This document shows, one piece after another, positions 20,031 to 29,951 of a DNA stretch of 64,000 bases. The notes beneath the pieces were generated by a model. It saw nothing but the letters and a program-made list of their open reading frames with translations, was not told the DNA's origin and did not search any database. Source of the DNA: an uncultured Desulfarculaceae bacterium (GTDB taxonomy: Bacteria; Desulfobacterota; Desulfocorpusculales; Desulfocorpusculum). Positions within the stretch are counted from its first letter, which is position 1. Each line of letters opens with the position of its first letter. Position numbers and translations under genes: made by a program. Location: positions 41,736 through 105,735 of the forward strand of contig CAZEPJ010000003.1 in the NCBI GenBank assembly GCA_964514105.1, given 5' to 3'.

Positions 20031-20216
20031 GGCTGCGGACCGTTGGCGACGCCATCGACGGCCCGGCATCCCCCTGGGCCCCATGCCGTGTGCACCTCTC
20101 CCCGTACACTGCATTGTCACACCGCCGCCGCTGTAACGCCTGATTCCCGCCACCGCGGCGTCACACACCGCCTTTAGCATGGATCCATGCCTGGGGAGAA
20201 TCTCCCCCGGCGATGA

Positions 20217-20663
20217 TTGGAAGCACGGGGATGGCACATGGACCACGAGCTGCAGGCCCTGTTCGTGGAGGCAGACGATGAGGCGGTGGCAGGTTGGTCG
20301 GAGATGCTTCTCCAAGCCCTGGGGGAGTTATCCGTGCCCATCCCTCCCAGGCCTGCCCTGGTCATGGTCCACGCCCGCGACTCGGTGGAGCGGCAGCCCT
20401 TCTGTCTGGGGGAGGCCCTGGTCACGGAGTGTCAGATCGCCTGCGTTGGTCAGCACTTCTGGGGTCGAGTCCTGGGCGATCAGCCTGGAAGGGCCCTGGC
20501 CATGGCGATTCTAAACGCAGCACTGGCCCTCGCTCCGGAAGCGCTGGAGGACCTGACATCCTGCTTTGCTGCCGAACGGAGTCGTCTCCAAGCCGAAAGG
20601 GAGCATGAGGCAAGAGTCCTGGCAACTACTCGGGTCCAGTTCGAGACCATGACGCTGACCTGA
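20217..20663 (+). CDS. phnG: C-P lyase core complex subunit PhnG
   Basis: About 148 aa; the central region (RPALVMVHARDSVERQPFCLGEALVTECQIACVGQHFWGRVLGDQ) aligns with the E. coli PhnG core. First gene of the phn cluster. Start is ATG 20217 or 20238. Confidence 0.75.
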   Translation: MEARGWHMDHELQALFVEADDEAVAGWSEMLLQALGELSVPIPPRPALVMVHARDSVERQPFCLGEALVTECQIACVGQHFWGRVLGDQPGRALAMAILNAALALAPEALEDLTSCFAAERSRLQAEREHEARVLATTRVQFETMTLT

Positions 20664-20674
20664 CGGGAGAAGCC

Positions 20675-21286
20675 GTGTCCTTCTTTCGAAGTGATCCACT
20701 GACATTCCTGGCCCAGGAGACGTACCGCTCGCTCCTGGCGGCGCTGGCCCGACCCGGGAGCATCCACCAGTTGAATCTGACCATGCCTGGCGGTTTCCTC
20801 GCGGGCCAAACCCCCCAGCCCTTGCTGGCGGCTGCCTTCGCCCTCTTGGACGAGCAGGTGCGTGTGGCCTCCTGGGGGGCGGAAGCAGCCCGATGGGCCA
20901 CGGAGGTCGCGGATCGGACGGGCGCCCGCATCGACACCCCCGAGGACGCAGACTTCGTCCTGTGCAGCGTTGCCCCAACCCTGCCCATGCTGGGGACCGT
21001 GCGGCGAGGGAGCCCCTTGAGCCCCGAGGACGGGTCCACCCTGCTGATTTGGATCGACGCGCCTCTGGAGGGCTCGGTCGGAACGGCCCAGCTCTCCGGT
21101 CCCGGGCTGCCGTCGCCCAAGCGGCTGGCCACGAGCGGGCCCTTACTTGGCTTCCTTCGCCACCGGACGGCGATCGCCTTCGAGTATCCCATGGGTTTTG
21201 ACGCCTTTCTCTTCGGCTCCGACGGCGGCGTCATGGGATTGCCCAGGACCACCTCGGTGCTCCTTTCCCCGCAGGGGAGGCGCTGA
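20675..21286 (+). CDS. phnH: C-P lyase subunit PhnH
   Basis: 203 aa, begins MSFFRSDPLTFLAQETYRSLLAALARPGSIHQL (PhnH N-terminal signature). GTG start with a GGGAGAAG RBS. It sits between phnG and phnI. Confidence 0.75.
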   Translation: MSFFRSDPLTFLAQETYRSLLAALARPGSIHQLNLTMPGGFLAGQTPQPLLAAAFALLDEQVRVASWGAEAARWATEVADRTGARIDTPEDADFVLCSVAPTLPMLGTVRRGSPLSPEDGSTLLIWIDAPLEGSVGTAQLSGPGLPSPKRLATSGPLLGFLRHRTAIAFEYPMGFDAFLFGSDGGVMGLPRTTSVLLSPQGRR

Positions 21287-21289
21287 ATC

Positions 21290-22354
21290 ATGGGATATGT
21301 GGCCATCCGAGGGGGACAGGACGCCATCCAGAACGCCGAGGCCCTCTATCATCTCCTTCGAACCAAGGGCCGATCGGCGTCGCTCTCCGTTGGCCAGATT
21401 CGGGATCAGCTCCCGTTGGCCGTGGACCGGGTCATGGGTGAGGGGGGGCTTTGTGCGCCCGAGCTGGCCGCGGCGTGCCTTAAGCAGGCGGCTGGCGACA
21501 CCCTGGAGGCGGCGTTCCTGCTGCGGGCGTATCGCTCGTCCGTCTCTCGCATCGGCGCCACCGACATTGTGGTCACGGGGGAAATGCGCATCGTGCGCCG
21601 GATCAGCGCCGCCTTCAAGGAGATCCCCGGCGGGCAAGTCCTGGGGGCCACACCCGACTACACCCACCGCCTCATCCGGTTCGAACTACTCGATGAGGAC
21701 GCCGAGGGCCGGGCCCTCCATGACCGGCTGGGGTCCTTGATTCAGGGCCAGCGACCCATACCCAGGACGTTTCCCAAGGTGGTCGATCTGCTGCGCGAGG
21801 AAGGCCTCCTGAACGATCCGACCCCATCGGAGGCGGCCCCCCACGACATCACGCTGCAGTGCCTCGAGTTCCCCGCCCCGCGCAGCGCCCGCCTCCAGAT
21901 GCTCGCCCGTGCCGAGACAGGTGGGATCCTGGCCCTAGCCTATGCCAGCATGCGCGGCTACGGTCAGGTCCATCCGGTGGTGGGCGAACTGCGGGTGGGG
22001 GATGTGCCGTTGCGCTTCAACGGGGGGCCCTTGGGGTGGGTGCGCGTCACTGAGTGCGAGGTCATCACCAAGATGGAACAGGGGGGGCAAGGGGGATGGC
22101 CCCAGTTCACCCTGGGATATGGTCTCTGTTTCGGCCATAACGAGATCAAGGCCATCTCCATGGCCGTCTTGGACCGGGCCTTGGCGGCAGAGACGCCTCG
22201 CAACCCGACCGAGGACCAAGAGTTCGTCCTCCTGCACACCGACGGGATCGAGGCTGCGGGGTTCTGCGCCCATTACAAGCTCCCCCACTACGTGACCTTC
22301 CAGGCAGACCTGGACCAGATCCGTGGGATCCGCAAGGGAGGGGCCGGTGCCTGA
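21290..22354 (+). CDS. phnI: C-P lyase subunit PhnI (alpha-D-ribose 1-methylphosphonate 5-triphosphate synthase component)
   Basis: 354 aa, begins MGYVAIRGGQDAIQNAEAL... with conserved PhnI length and sequence features throughout. It sits between phnH and phnJ. Confidence 0.9.
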   Translation: MGYVAIRGGQDAIQNAEALYHLLRTKGRSASLSVGQIRDQLPLAVDRVMGEGGLCAPELAAACLKQAAGDTLEAAFLLRAYRSSVSRIGATDIVVTGEMRIVRRISAAFKEIPGGQVLGATPDYTHRLIRFELLDEDAEGRALHDRLGSLIQGQRPIPRTFPKVVDLLREEGLLNDPTPSEAAPHDITLQCLEFPAPRSARLQMLARAETGGILALAYASMRGYGQVHPVVGELRVGDVPLRFNGGPLGWVRVTECEVITKMEQGGQGGWPQFTLGYGLCFGHNEIKAISMAVLDRALAAETPRNPTEDQEFVLLHTDGIEAAGFCAHYKLPHYVTFQADLDQIRGIRKGGAGA

Positions 22355-23264
22355 TCGATTCCACCAGCTGCTCGACAGTCTCCCCAGGGGATCCGGGTAC
22401 AACTTCGCGTATCTGGATGAGAGCGCCAAGCGCGAGATCCGTCGCAAGACCCTGAAGGCCGTGGCTGTGCCGGGACACCAAGTCCCTTTCGCCAGCAGGG
22501 AGATCCCCATCACCCGCGGTTGGGGGACGGGCGGGCTCCAGCTGACCATGAGCCTCATCGGCCCCACGGACGTCCTCAAGGTCATCGATCAAGGCTGCGA
22601 TGGATCCTTGAACGCCGTGAATCTCAAGCGGTTGGCGACCCTCACCACCGGCTGCCGGACCACCACCCGCACCCAGGACGCCACCTTGATTCAGACGCGC
22701 CATCGGGTCCCCGAGACCCCGTTGAGAGAGGGACAGATCGTGGTGTTTCAGGTCCCCATCCCTGAACCGCTGCGACACGTCGAACCCAGCGAGGAGAAGA
22801 CCCGTCGCATGCACGCCGAGGCGGACTACGCCCGGATTTGGATCCATCTGTACGAGGAGGTGGTCCAGTGGGGGCGAATCACCATCGGCGCCCGATATCC
22901 GGTTCGGGTCTTCTGCAGATACATCATGGACCCGAGCCCCATCCCCAGGTGGGATGTGCCCAAGCTCCACCGCTCCCCGGCCCTCCTCCTGTTCGGGGCC
23001 GGCCGGGAGAAACGCATCTATGCCATTCCGCCCTACACCGATGTGGTGCCTCTGGCCTTCGAGGACCTGCCCTTCGAGGTCGAGCGTCAACCTTCAGAGC
23101 GCTGCGACCGGTGCGGGGCCTCCGGCGTCTTCTTGGACGAGATCCCCGGCGAGGGCGGGATGCCCCCCCGGTGGGTGTGCTCGGACACGGACCGGTGCGA
23201 CCAGGAGCTGGAGAGCCGAGAAAGGGCGCAGGCCTGCCATCCAACGTCAGGGGGGCGTTCATGA
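22347..23264 (+). CDS. phnJ: C-P lyase catalytic subunit PhnJ (alpha-D-ribose 1-methylphosphonate 5-phosphate C-P lyase)
   Basis: GSGYNFAYLDESAKREIRRKTLKAVAVPGHQVPF... matches E. coli PhnJ closely. The four C-terminal Cys of the Fe-S site are present (CDRCGASGVFLDE...WVCSDTDRC). Likely GTG start overlapping the phnI stop, with an [13 protein letters not shown]. Confidence 0.9.
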   Translation: MPDRFHQLLDSLPRGSGYNFAYLDESAKREIRRKTLKAVAVPGHQVPFASREIPITRGWGTGGLQLTMSLIGPTDVLKVIDQGCDGSLNAVNLKRLATLTTGCRTTTRTQDATLIQTRHRVPETPLREGQIVVFQVPIPEPLRHVEPSEEKTRRMHAEADYARIWIHLYEEVVQWGRITIGARYPVRVFCRYIMDPSPIPRWDVPKLHRSPALLLFGAGREKRIYAIPPYTDVVPLAFEDLPFEVERQPSERCDRCGASGVFLDEIPGEGGMPPRWVCSDTDRCDQELESRERAQACHPTSGGRS

Positions 23265-24103
23265 TCGATCAGCCCCTCCTCACGGTCCGGGGACTGAGTA
23301 AACGCTACGGCGCCGGATGTGAGCAATGTGGCGCCCTTACGGGACCTGGGGCGGGCACCAACATCTGCCCCCGGTGCGGCAGCGTGATGGCCTGCAGCGA
23401 TGTGAGCCTCGAGCTTCATCCCGGAGAGATCCTGGGAATCGTGGGGGAGTCGGGCTCGGGCAAGTCCACCCTCCTTCGCTGCCTCAACCTGGATGACCCT
23501 CCCACCCACGGGTCGGTGTTTCATGGACACGTGGAGGAAGGCCGTCGCGACCTGTTCACCCTCTCGCCCCAGAGGCAACGGTGGGTCCGCTCCCATCTCC
23601 TGGGGATCGTGTACCAGGCACCCCATTTGGGCCTGAATCTGGACTTCAGTGCGGGCGCCAACGTGGCGGAGCGCCTCCTCATCCAGGATGGGACGCCGGT
23701 GTTCGGTCGCATTCGCGACCGCGCCATCGCCCTTTTGTCGCGCACGGAGATCCCCATTCAGCGCATGGATGGGCGGGTCCGCGGCTTCTCCGGGGGCATG
23801 CAGCAGCGGGTCCAGATCGCCAAGGCCCTGGCCCCCTCTCCAGGGGTCCTCTTTCTGGACGAGCCCACGTCGGGGCTGGACGTGTCCGTTCAGGCCAGCG
23901 TCCTGGACCTCATCGCGTCCCTCCAGCGGGAAACCCAGGTGGCGATGGTGGTGGTGAGCCACGATCTCGGGGTCGTCAGACTCCTGACCCAAAGGGCCCT
24001 GGTCATGAGGCTGGGCCGGGTGGTGGAGAAGGGGTTGACGGATCAGGTCTTGGAGGACCCGCAGCATCCGTACACCCAGCAGCTGGTGGCGAGCACCCTA
24101 TGA
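23261..24103 (+). CDS. phnK: C-P lyase accessory ABC-type ATPase PhnK, with a Cys4 insertion near the N-terminus
   Basis: MIDQPLLTVRGLSKRYG...[11 protein letters not shown] (Walker A), LSGG-like FSGGMQQR, and DEPTSGLD (Walker B). It ends QHPYTQQLVAS, as E. coli PhnK does. The extra segment CEQCGALTGPGAGTNICPRCG lies between the conserved YG and the SDVSLEL block. The ATG overlaps the phnJ stop. Confidence 0.9.
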   Translation: MIDQPLLTVRGLSKRYGAGCEQCGALTGPGAGTNICPRCGSVMACSDVSLELHPGEILGIVGESGSGKSTLLRCLNLDDPPTHGSVFHGHVEEGRRDLFTLSPQRQRWVRSHLLGIVYQAPHLGLNLDFSAGANVAERLLIQDGTPVFGRIRDRAIALLSRTEIPIQRMDGRVRGFSGGMQQRVQIAKALAPSPGVLFLDEPTSGLDVSVQASVLDLIASLQRETQVAMVVVSHDLGVVRLLTQRALVMRLGRVVEKGLTDQVLEDPQHPYTQQLVASTL

Positions 24104-24876
24104 CGAGCCTCTCTCCCAGCCACCTTGGGGACGCACAGGACCTCTTGCTGTTCGTGGAGGGTCTGCGCAAACGATTCACCCTCCACCTCTTGGGGGGACT
24201 GGAGGTGGAACCCCTTCGGGGCCTCTCGTTCCGCATCTTCGCGGGGGACTTCGGGGTGCTGGTCGGCCCGAGCGGCGCGGGCAAGACCACCGTCTTGAAG
24301 TGCATCTATCGCTCTTACCTATCTTCCGGGGGGGAGATCTGGTACCGCAGCCGGCCCGGGGTCTGGATGGATCTCGCCGCGGCGCCCGAGCAGGCCATCC
24401 TCCAGATCCGAAAACAGGAACTGGCGTATGTCACCCAGTTCCTGCGATGCGCCCCGCGGGTAGCGGCCGAGGACGTGGTGGCGGCGCCCCGTGTGGCCCA
24501 AGGCGTTTCCGGAGAGCAGGCGCGGGAGGAAGCCAGGGCCCTCCTCAGGCGCTTCGGGGTCTCCGAGGGACTCTGGCGGGCATTTCCCATTACCTTTTCG
24601 GGGGGTGAGCAACAGCGGGTCAACCTGGCCCGGGCCGTGGTTCAAAGACCTCGCCTCCTGCTCCTGGACGAGCCCACGGCGAGCTTGGACGCGGGGGCCA
24701 TAGGCCGCTTCCAGGAGGTCCTGGAGGAGATTCGACAGGACGGGACCACCTGTGTGGCGGTGCTCCACGACCCCGAGTTGATCCGAACACTGGCCACGCA
24801 GGTCGTCAGGATTGGCCCCGAGGTCGACCAGGGGCGGCCGCGGGACCTCCTCGTGGCCGGGGAGGGCCGGGGATGA
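24100..24876 (+). CDS. phnL: C-P lyase accessory ABC-type ATPase PhnL
   Basis: 258 aa with Walker A (GPSGAGKTTVL), FSGGEQQRVNLAR and LLLDEPTASLD. It aligns along its length with E. coli PhnL. The start overlaps the phnK stop. Confidence 0.85.
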   Translation: MTSLSPSHLGDAQDLLLFVEGLRKRFTLHLLGGLEVEPLRGLSFRIFAGDFGVLVGPSGAGKTTVLKCIYRSYLSSGGEIWYRSRPGVWMDLAAAPEQAILQIRKQELAYVTQFLRCAPRVAAEDVVAAPRVAQGVSGEQAREEARALLRRFGVSEGLWRAFPITFSGGEQQRVNLARAVVQRPRLLLLDEPTASLDAGAIGRFQEVLEEIRQDGTTCVAVLHDPELIRTLATQVVRIGPEVDQGRPRDLLVAGEGRG

Positions 24877-26042
24877 ACCCACGGTTCTGTCTCTATGGCG
24901 GGCCCCTGTTTGACGGCAGTCGGTATTGGGAAATCGGTTTTGTCTCGGTGGCGGGTGACCGCATCGAGGCCCTCGGGGAAGGGAGTCCTCCCCACCGCAA
25001 GGGTCGGGCCGTCGATGTCAGAGGACAGCTCATGGCCCCCGGATTGGTCGACCTCCATTCGGACGCCCTGGAGAAGTGCATCGAGATGCGACCGGGCGTC
25101 CGCTTCGATCCGGAGTTCGCCCTGCTGCACCTGGACCAGAGGGTGGCCGCGTGCGGCATCACGACCTTCTGCAGCGCCATCGCATTTGCTGCCGATGAAT
25201 GGGGCATGCGCTCGTGCCAGGAGGCGGAGAGGCTGGTGCGAATGATCCACCGCTTCACGGCCGCGGGAAGGAGCAGGATCAGACATAGAGTCCATGCCCG
25301 ATACGAGATCACGAGTCCCAGTGGGGCTGAGCTCCTGAGTCGGCTCCTGCAGGAGGGTCTGGTCCACATGGTCTCTCTCATGGATCACACGCCCGGTCAG
25401 GGACAGTTCAGGACCTTGGAGTCCTACATGGCCTACAAGATGGGGACGTACCGGGTGACCGCCGACGAGGTCCTGCGCCTGGTGGCGTATAAGACAGCCG
25501 CCCAGGAGAAGGGGTGGCAGCAAGTGGCCGCACTGGCCCAAGCGGTTCGGGGTGCGGGGATCCCCTTTCTCAGCCATGACGACGATTCCGCGGAAAAGGT
25601 CGCCTTGGTGGGCCGGCTCGGGGTCACCGGGAGCGAGTTCCCCTTGAATCTCCATACGGCCCGGGCGGCCAAGGTCGCGGGTATGACCGTGCTCATGGGG
25701 GCCCCAAACCTCATCAGGGATCGTTCGTCCAATGGTCACCTCAGGGCCTCCGAGGCGCTCGAGGCGGCCGCGTGCGACGGCCTGATGAGCGACTACTACC
25801 CCGAGTGCCTCCTGGAGGCCCCCTTCGCGGGCGTCAGACGGCGGGCGCAGGGGCATCTGGCAGACATGTTGCGGCTGGTCACCTCAGCCCCAGGGGACTT
25901 CCTGGCCCCCGGGGAGGGGATCGGACGCCTGTCGCCCGGGGGGCCCGCTGACATCGCGGTCATCGACCCGGGCGGGCCATGGGCCCGGGTCACACAGACC
26001 TGGGTGGGCGGCCGGTGTGTGTTTCGTTCAGAGGCGAGATGA
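24873..26042 (+). CDS. phnM: Alpha-D-ribose 1-methylphosphonate 5-triphosphate diphosphatase PhnM (amidohydrolase superfamily)
   Basis: 389 aa with the amidohydrolase metal-binding start (LVDLHSD) and PhnM-like length, directly after phnL with an overlapping start. Confidence 0.85.
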   Translation: MNPRFCLYGGPLFDGSRYWEIGFVSVAGDRIEALGEGSPPHRKGRAVDVRGQLMAPGLVDLHSDALEKCIEMRPGVRFDPEFALLHLDQRVAACGITTFCSAIAFAADEWGMRSCQEAERLVRMIHRFTAAGRSRIRHRVHARYEITSPSGAELLSRLLQEGLVHMVSLMDHTPGQGQFRTLESYMAYKMGTYRVTADEVLRLVAYKTAAQEKGWQQVAALAQAVRGAGIPFLSHDDDSAEKVALVGRLGVTGSEFPLNLHTARAAKVAGMTVLMGAPNLIRDRSSNGHLRASEALEAAACDGLMSDYYPECLLEAPFAGVRRRAQGHLADMLRLVTSAPGDFLAPGEGIGRLSPGGPADIAVIDPGGPWARVTQTWVGGRCVFRSEAR

Positions 26043-26072
26043 TCGCCCTGTCTCGGAAAGGGAGGGAGGAAC

Positions 26073-26948
26073 ATGGCAACGTTGGCCCTTGAGACCCTGA
26101 CCCCTGCCATCCAGGTCAACCACCTGACCAAGACCTTTGCCGCGGGCAGACGGGCCCTGGATGGGGTGAGCCTGAGGGTGCGCCCCGGCGAGATGGTAGC
26201 CCTCATTGGCACCTCGGGCTCTGGGAAATCCACCTTGCTGCGTCACATCTCGGGACTTGTCGGCGCAGATCGGGGGAGGGGTGACGTGCGGGCCCTGGGG
26301 CGAGTCGTCCAGCAGGACGGAACGATCTCCCGCCAGATTCAACGCGTCCGGGCCGACATCGGATTTGTCTTCCAGCAGTTCAACCTGGTCGGCCGGCTCT
26401 CCCTGCTGACCAACGTCCTCACAGGGACCCTGGCCCGTGTGCCCCTCTGGCGAAGCGCGATACAGTGGTTCACCCGGGAGGAGAAGGCGCTGGCCATGGA
26501 GGCGTTGAATCGTGTCTGCCTGGCGGATCATGCCCTGCAACGCGCCTCCACCCTGTCAGGAGGCCAGCAGCAGCGCGGCGCCATCGCCCGAACCCTGGTG
26601 CAGCGGGCCAGGATCATCCTGGCGGACGAGCCCATCGCCTCTTTGGATCCCGAGTCATCCCGCAGGGTGATGGAGATCCTCTCGACGATCAACCGGGAGG
26701 ACGATACCACTGTGCTCGTCTCCCTGCACCAGGTGGACTTCGCCCTGCGGTACTGCCCGCGCACGGTGGCCCTCAAGGCGGGGCGGGTCGTGTACGACGG
26801 ACCGAGTGAGGCCCTCACGGTGCCGTTGCTTCGCGACATCTACAACTGTACCGCGGATGCGGTGGAAGAGACGGGCGGCGCAGCCGCCTGCTGGGCGCAA
26901 GACGGAGAGGACACAGGCCACTTTCCTCGCTCGCTCTCGCGGGCGTGA
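26073..26948 (+). CDS. phnC: Phosphonate ABC transporter ATP-binding protein PhnC
   Basis: Strong RBS GGAGGGAGGAAC. Walker A ([14 protein letters not shown]), [13 protein letters not shown] and [11 protein letters not shown] are present. It matches the PhnC family throughout. Confidence 0.9.
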   Translation: MATLALETLTPAIQVNHLTKTFAAGRRALDGVSLRVRPGEMVALIGTSGSGKSTLLRHISGLVGADRGRGDVRALGRVVQQDGTISRQIQRVRADIGFVFQQFNLVGRLSLLTNVLTGTLARVPLWRSAIQWFTREEKALAMEALNRVCLADHALQRASTLSGGQQQRGAIARTLVQRARIILADEPIASLDPESSRRVMEILSTINREDDTTVLVSLHQVDFALRYCPRTVALKAGRVVYDGPSEALTVPLLRDIYNCTADAVEETGGAAACWAQDGEDTGHFPRSLSRA

Positions 26949-27035
26949 GGATGCAGGGATTCCCCGCAAGACGGGGACACAACCCACACCATCTCCCCGG
27001 CCGGGCCGGGGAACATACCCCAAAGGAGGAAGTTG

Positions 27036-28043
27036 ATGCGCACGCGCAAGATGACGGGTGTTCTCGCGGCGGCGGCCGTCGCCGCAATGGTGGCCCATGC
27101 CCCCGTTGCCGGGGCCCAGGGTCCTCAGGAGATCAATTTCGGCATCATCTCTACGGAGTCCAGCCAGGCCCTGAAGAAAGGGTTCGAGCCCTTTCTGGAG
27201 GATATGGCCAAGGCCATTGGGATGAAGGTGAACGCCTTTTTCGCCTCTGACTACGCAGGGGTGATCGAGGCCATGCGGTTCAACAAGGTGCATGTCGCGT
27301 GGTTCGGCAACAAATCGGCCATGGAGGCCGTGGACCGCGCCGGGGGGGAGGTCTTCGCCCAGACGGTGGACAAGGATGGCAATCCGGGATACTGGTCCCT
27401 GCTCATCACCCACAAGGACAGCGGCATCAAGACCCTCGACGACGTCATCAAGAACCCCGGCAAGTTCACCTTCGGCAACGGGGACCCCAACTCCACCTCG
27501 GGTTTTCTGGTCCCGTCCTACTACGTCTTTGCCGTGAATAAGATCGACCCCAAGACCCACTTCAAGCTCGTGCGCAACGCCAACCACGAGACCAATGCCC
27601 TGGCCGTGGTGAACCGGCAGGTGGATCTGGCCACCAACAACACCGAACAGATGAGCCTCCTGCAGGCCCGGTCCCCGGAGAAGGCAAATCAGGTCCACAT
27701 CGTTTGGAAGTCCCCCCTCATCCCCAACGATCCTTTGGTCTGGCGCAAGGACCTCCCCGACGGCCTCAAGGCCAAGATCAAGACCTTCGTGTTGGACTAC
27801 GGCGTCAAGGGACCCAACGTCGAGAGGGAGCGCCAGGTCCTGGCTGGCATGAGCGCCGGTTGGGCCCCATTCAAGGATTCGAGCGACGCCCAGCTTGTCC
27901 CCATTCGGCAGCTGACCCTGTTCAAGGACAGGACGAAGATCGAGTCGGATGAGCGCATGCCCGAGGCCGAGAAGAAGGCCAAGCTGGCCGAGATCGATGA
28001 CAAGCTGGCCCAATTGCAGAAACAGATCACCTCGGCCAAGTGA
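27036..28043 (+). CDS. phnD: Phosphonate ABC transporter substrate-binding protein PhnD
   Basis: Signal peptide (MRTRKMTGVLAAAAVAAMVAHAPVAGA). The mature protein begins INFGIISTESSQAL... with the conserved VHVAWFGN and SGFLVPSYY blocks. AAGGAGGA RBS. Confidence 0.9.
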   Translation: MRTRKMTGVLAAAAVAAMVAHAPVAGAQGPQEINFGIISTESSQALKKGFEPFLEDMAKAIGMKVNAFFASDYAGVIEAMRFNKVHVAWFGNKSAMEAVDRAGGEVFAQTVDKDGNPGYWSLLITHKDSGIKTLDDVIKNPGKFTFGNGDPNSTSGFLVPSYYVFAVNKIDPKTHFKLVRNANHETNALAVVNRQVDLATNNTEQMSLLQARSPEKANQVHIVWKSPLIPNDPLVWRKDLPDGLKAKIKTFVLDYGVKGPNVERERQVLAGMSAGWAPFKDSSDAQLVPIRQLTLFKDRTKIESDERMPEAEKKAKLAEIDDKLAQLQKQITSAK

Positions 28044-28177
28044 CGAGGATGACCAGCCCTCTTCCCGTCCGGTCCTGGATGACGGACCCATGGCCGTGAC
28101 CTCCAGGGAAGCCAGACCCCTTCCTCCCCATCGTCGGGGATGGAGGGAAAGGGGGTCTTTCCGGGAATGCACCGCCG

Positions 28178-28984
28178 GTGAACGCTGAAGCGCAAGCGCC
28201 GAACCCGCGCATCCTGTCGGGTGTCGGTCCCAGGCGGACCCTGCTCCAGGCCCTGGCGTGGGGCATGTTCGCTGCCCTGCTCGTCTGGTCCTGGCGGGGG
28301 GCCGAGATGCGCCCCATGGCCCTCGTCCGGGACGCGGGCAACATGTGGCAGTTTGCCAGGGATTTCTTCCCGCCCAACTTCCACGACTGGCCGACCTACC
28401 TGCAGGAGATGGTCGTCACCGTGCAGATCGCCATCTGGGGGACCATCCTGGCGATCGTCGCCGCCGTCCCTTTGGGGCTCCTCTCCTCGGAAAACGTGGT
28501 CCCTCCGTGGGTGTACCAGCCTGTCCGGCGCCTCATGGACGCTGCCCGGGCCATCAACGAGATGGTTTTCGCCATGCTCTTCGTGGTGGCCGTGGGCCTG
28601 GGTCCCTTCGCGGGTGTCCTGGCCATCTTCGTTCACACCACCGGGATCCTGGCCAAGCTCTTCTCGGAGGCCGTGGAGGCCATCGACCCCCACCCGGTGG
28701 AGGGGATCCGGGCTACAGGCGCCAACGCCATGGAGGAGATCGTCTACGGCATCATCCCCCAGGTGCTGCCCCTGTGGATCTCATATTCCCTCTATCGCTT
28801 CGAGTCCAATGTGCGATCCGCTACTGTGGTTGGGATGGTGGGGGCCGGGGGCATCGGCGTGGTGCTCTGGGAGATCATTCGAGGGTTCTACTATGCGGAG
28901 ACCTGTGCGGTCATGATCCTGGTGGTGGGCACCGTGAGCGTGCTGGACATGATCTCCGCCCAGATTCGAAAGCGGGTGATCTGA
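28178..28984 (+). CDS. phnE: Phosphonate ABC transporter permease PhnE
   Basis: 268 aa polytopic membrane protein with the PhnE-type EAA-like loop ([35 protein letters not shown]). GTG start. Confidence 0.85.
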   Translation: MNAEAQAPNPRILSGVGPRRTLLQALAWGMFAALLVWSWRGAEMRPMALVRDAGNMWQFARDFFPPNFHDWPTYLQEMVVTVQIAIWGTILAIVAAVPLGLLSSENVVPPWVYQPVRRLMDAARAINEMVFAMLFVVAVGLGPFAGVLAIFVHTTGILAKLFSEAVEAIDPHPVEGIRATGANAMEEIVYGIIPQVLPLWISYSLYRFESNVRSATVVGMVGAGGIGVVLWEIIRGFYYAETCAVMILVVGTVSVLDMISAQIRKRVI

Positions 28985-28985
28985 C

Positions 28986-29951
28986 ATGCCGTTGATCGGA
29001 AGCAAGATCGATGAGACGCGGGTGGACGGCGATCTGAACGCCTTACGGATGGATTTGGAAGCGTACAGGGATCTGGGTCTGGACGCCGTGGAGCTGCCCG
29101 TCCACGGCCTGGACGCCGTCAAGAACGGACGCCTCGATGAGCGCCGTACCCGGGAGGTGATCGCCATCCTGGACCAGTACGCCTTTGCGTACAGCGTCCA
29201 TGCCCCCAACCCCCTCAACCTCATGGACACCGACGCCCAAGAACTCCACGTGTCCGTGTTCCGGGCCACCCTGGAGTTCGCAGCGCGGGTCAACGCCAGG
29301 ATCGTGGTGTACCACGCGGGGCGATACATCCCCGAGGAGTGCTTCGCCGTCAGCGTCGATCGCAGAATGACGTGGCAGGAGAAGGAGAGGGCCCTGGAGT
29401 TGGAACGGGCGGGGTTGTCTCGACTTTCGGAGGACTTCTCGCAGATCATCCTGTGCGTGGAGAACGCCAGGCCGTACCTTCACCACAGTCCGTACTGCTA
29501 CGGTGAGCGGCCGGAACTCCTCAGGCGGCAGATCGAGCGGATCGACCGGCCCAACGTCAGGATCAATCTGGATTTGGGGCATCTGTTCATGTCAGCCAAT
29601 TTCTACCGCTTCGATCCAGCGGCGGCCGCCCGGGATCTGGCTCCGTGGATCGCCCACGCCCATGTCCATGACAACTTCGGCGGGGCGGTTCACCATCACG
29701 AGAAACAGCAGACTCACCAGATCCCCTTCGGACGGGGAGACGCCCACATGCCGGTGGGTTGGGGGGCCATCCCCTTGAAGGAGATCCTGGGGGCCTTTCT
29801 GCCGGGGTACGAGGGTATGCTCATGATGGAACTCCGGGGCCGATACTTCCGGGACACGGACGAATCCCGCGGCAACCTCGTGGGGCTGCTCTCGGAGCTG
29901 CGCAAGGACTGCGGAGCTGCGCGCGTCGCCCCTCTCCGGCGGGTGTCGTGA
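28986..29951 (+). CDS. Sugar-phosphate isomerase/epimerase (xylose-isomerase-like TIM barrel) encoded within the phn operon
   Basis: 321 aa with the AP-endonuclease-2/xylose-isomerase TIM-barrel pattern (VELPVHG, YSVHAPN, VVYHAG, VENARP, NLDLGH, AHVHDN). Its ATG starts 2 nt after the phnE stop. Confidence 0.75.
   Translation: MPLIGSKIDETRVDGDLNALRMDLEAYRDLGLDAVELPVHGLDAVKNGRLDERRTREVIAILDQYAFAYSVHAPNPLNLMDTDAQELHVSVFRATLEFAARVNARIVVYHAGRYIPEECFAVSVDRRMTWQEKERALELERAGLSRLSEDFSQIILCVENARPYLHHSPYCYGERPELLRRQIERIDRPNVRINLDLGHLFMSANFYRFDPAAAARDLAPWIAHAHVHDNFGGAVHHHEKQQTHQIPFGRGDAHMPVGWGAIPLKEILGAFLPGYEGMLMMELRGRYFRDTDESRGNLVGLLSELRKDCGAARVAPLRRVS

Noticed and set aside
28148-28168. Hairpin GGAAAG-ggggt-CTTTCC between phnD and phnE
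   Set aside because: It is a short stem without a following U-tract, and phnE is almost certainly co-transcribed. It is not called as a terminator.
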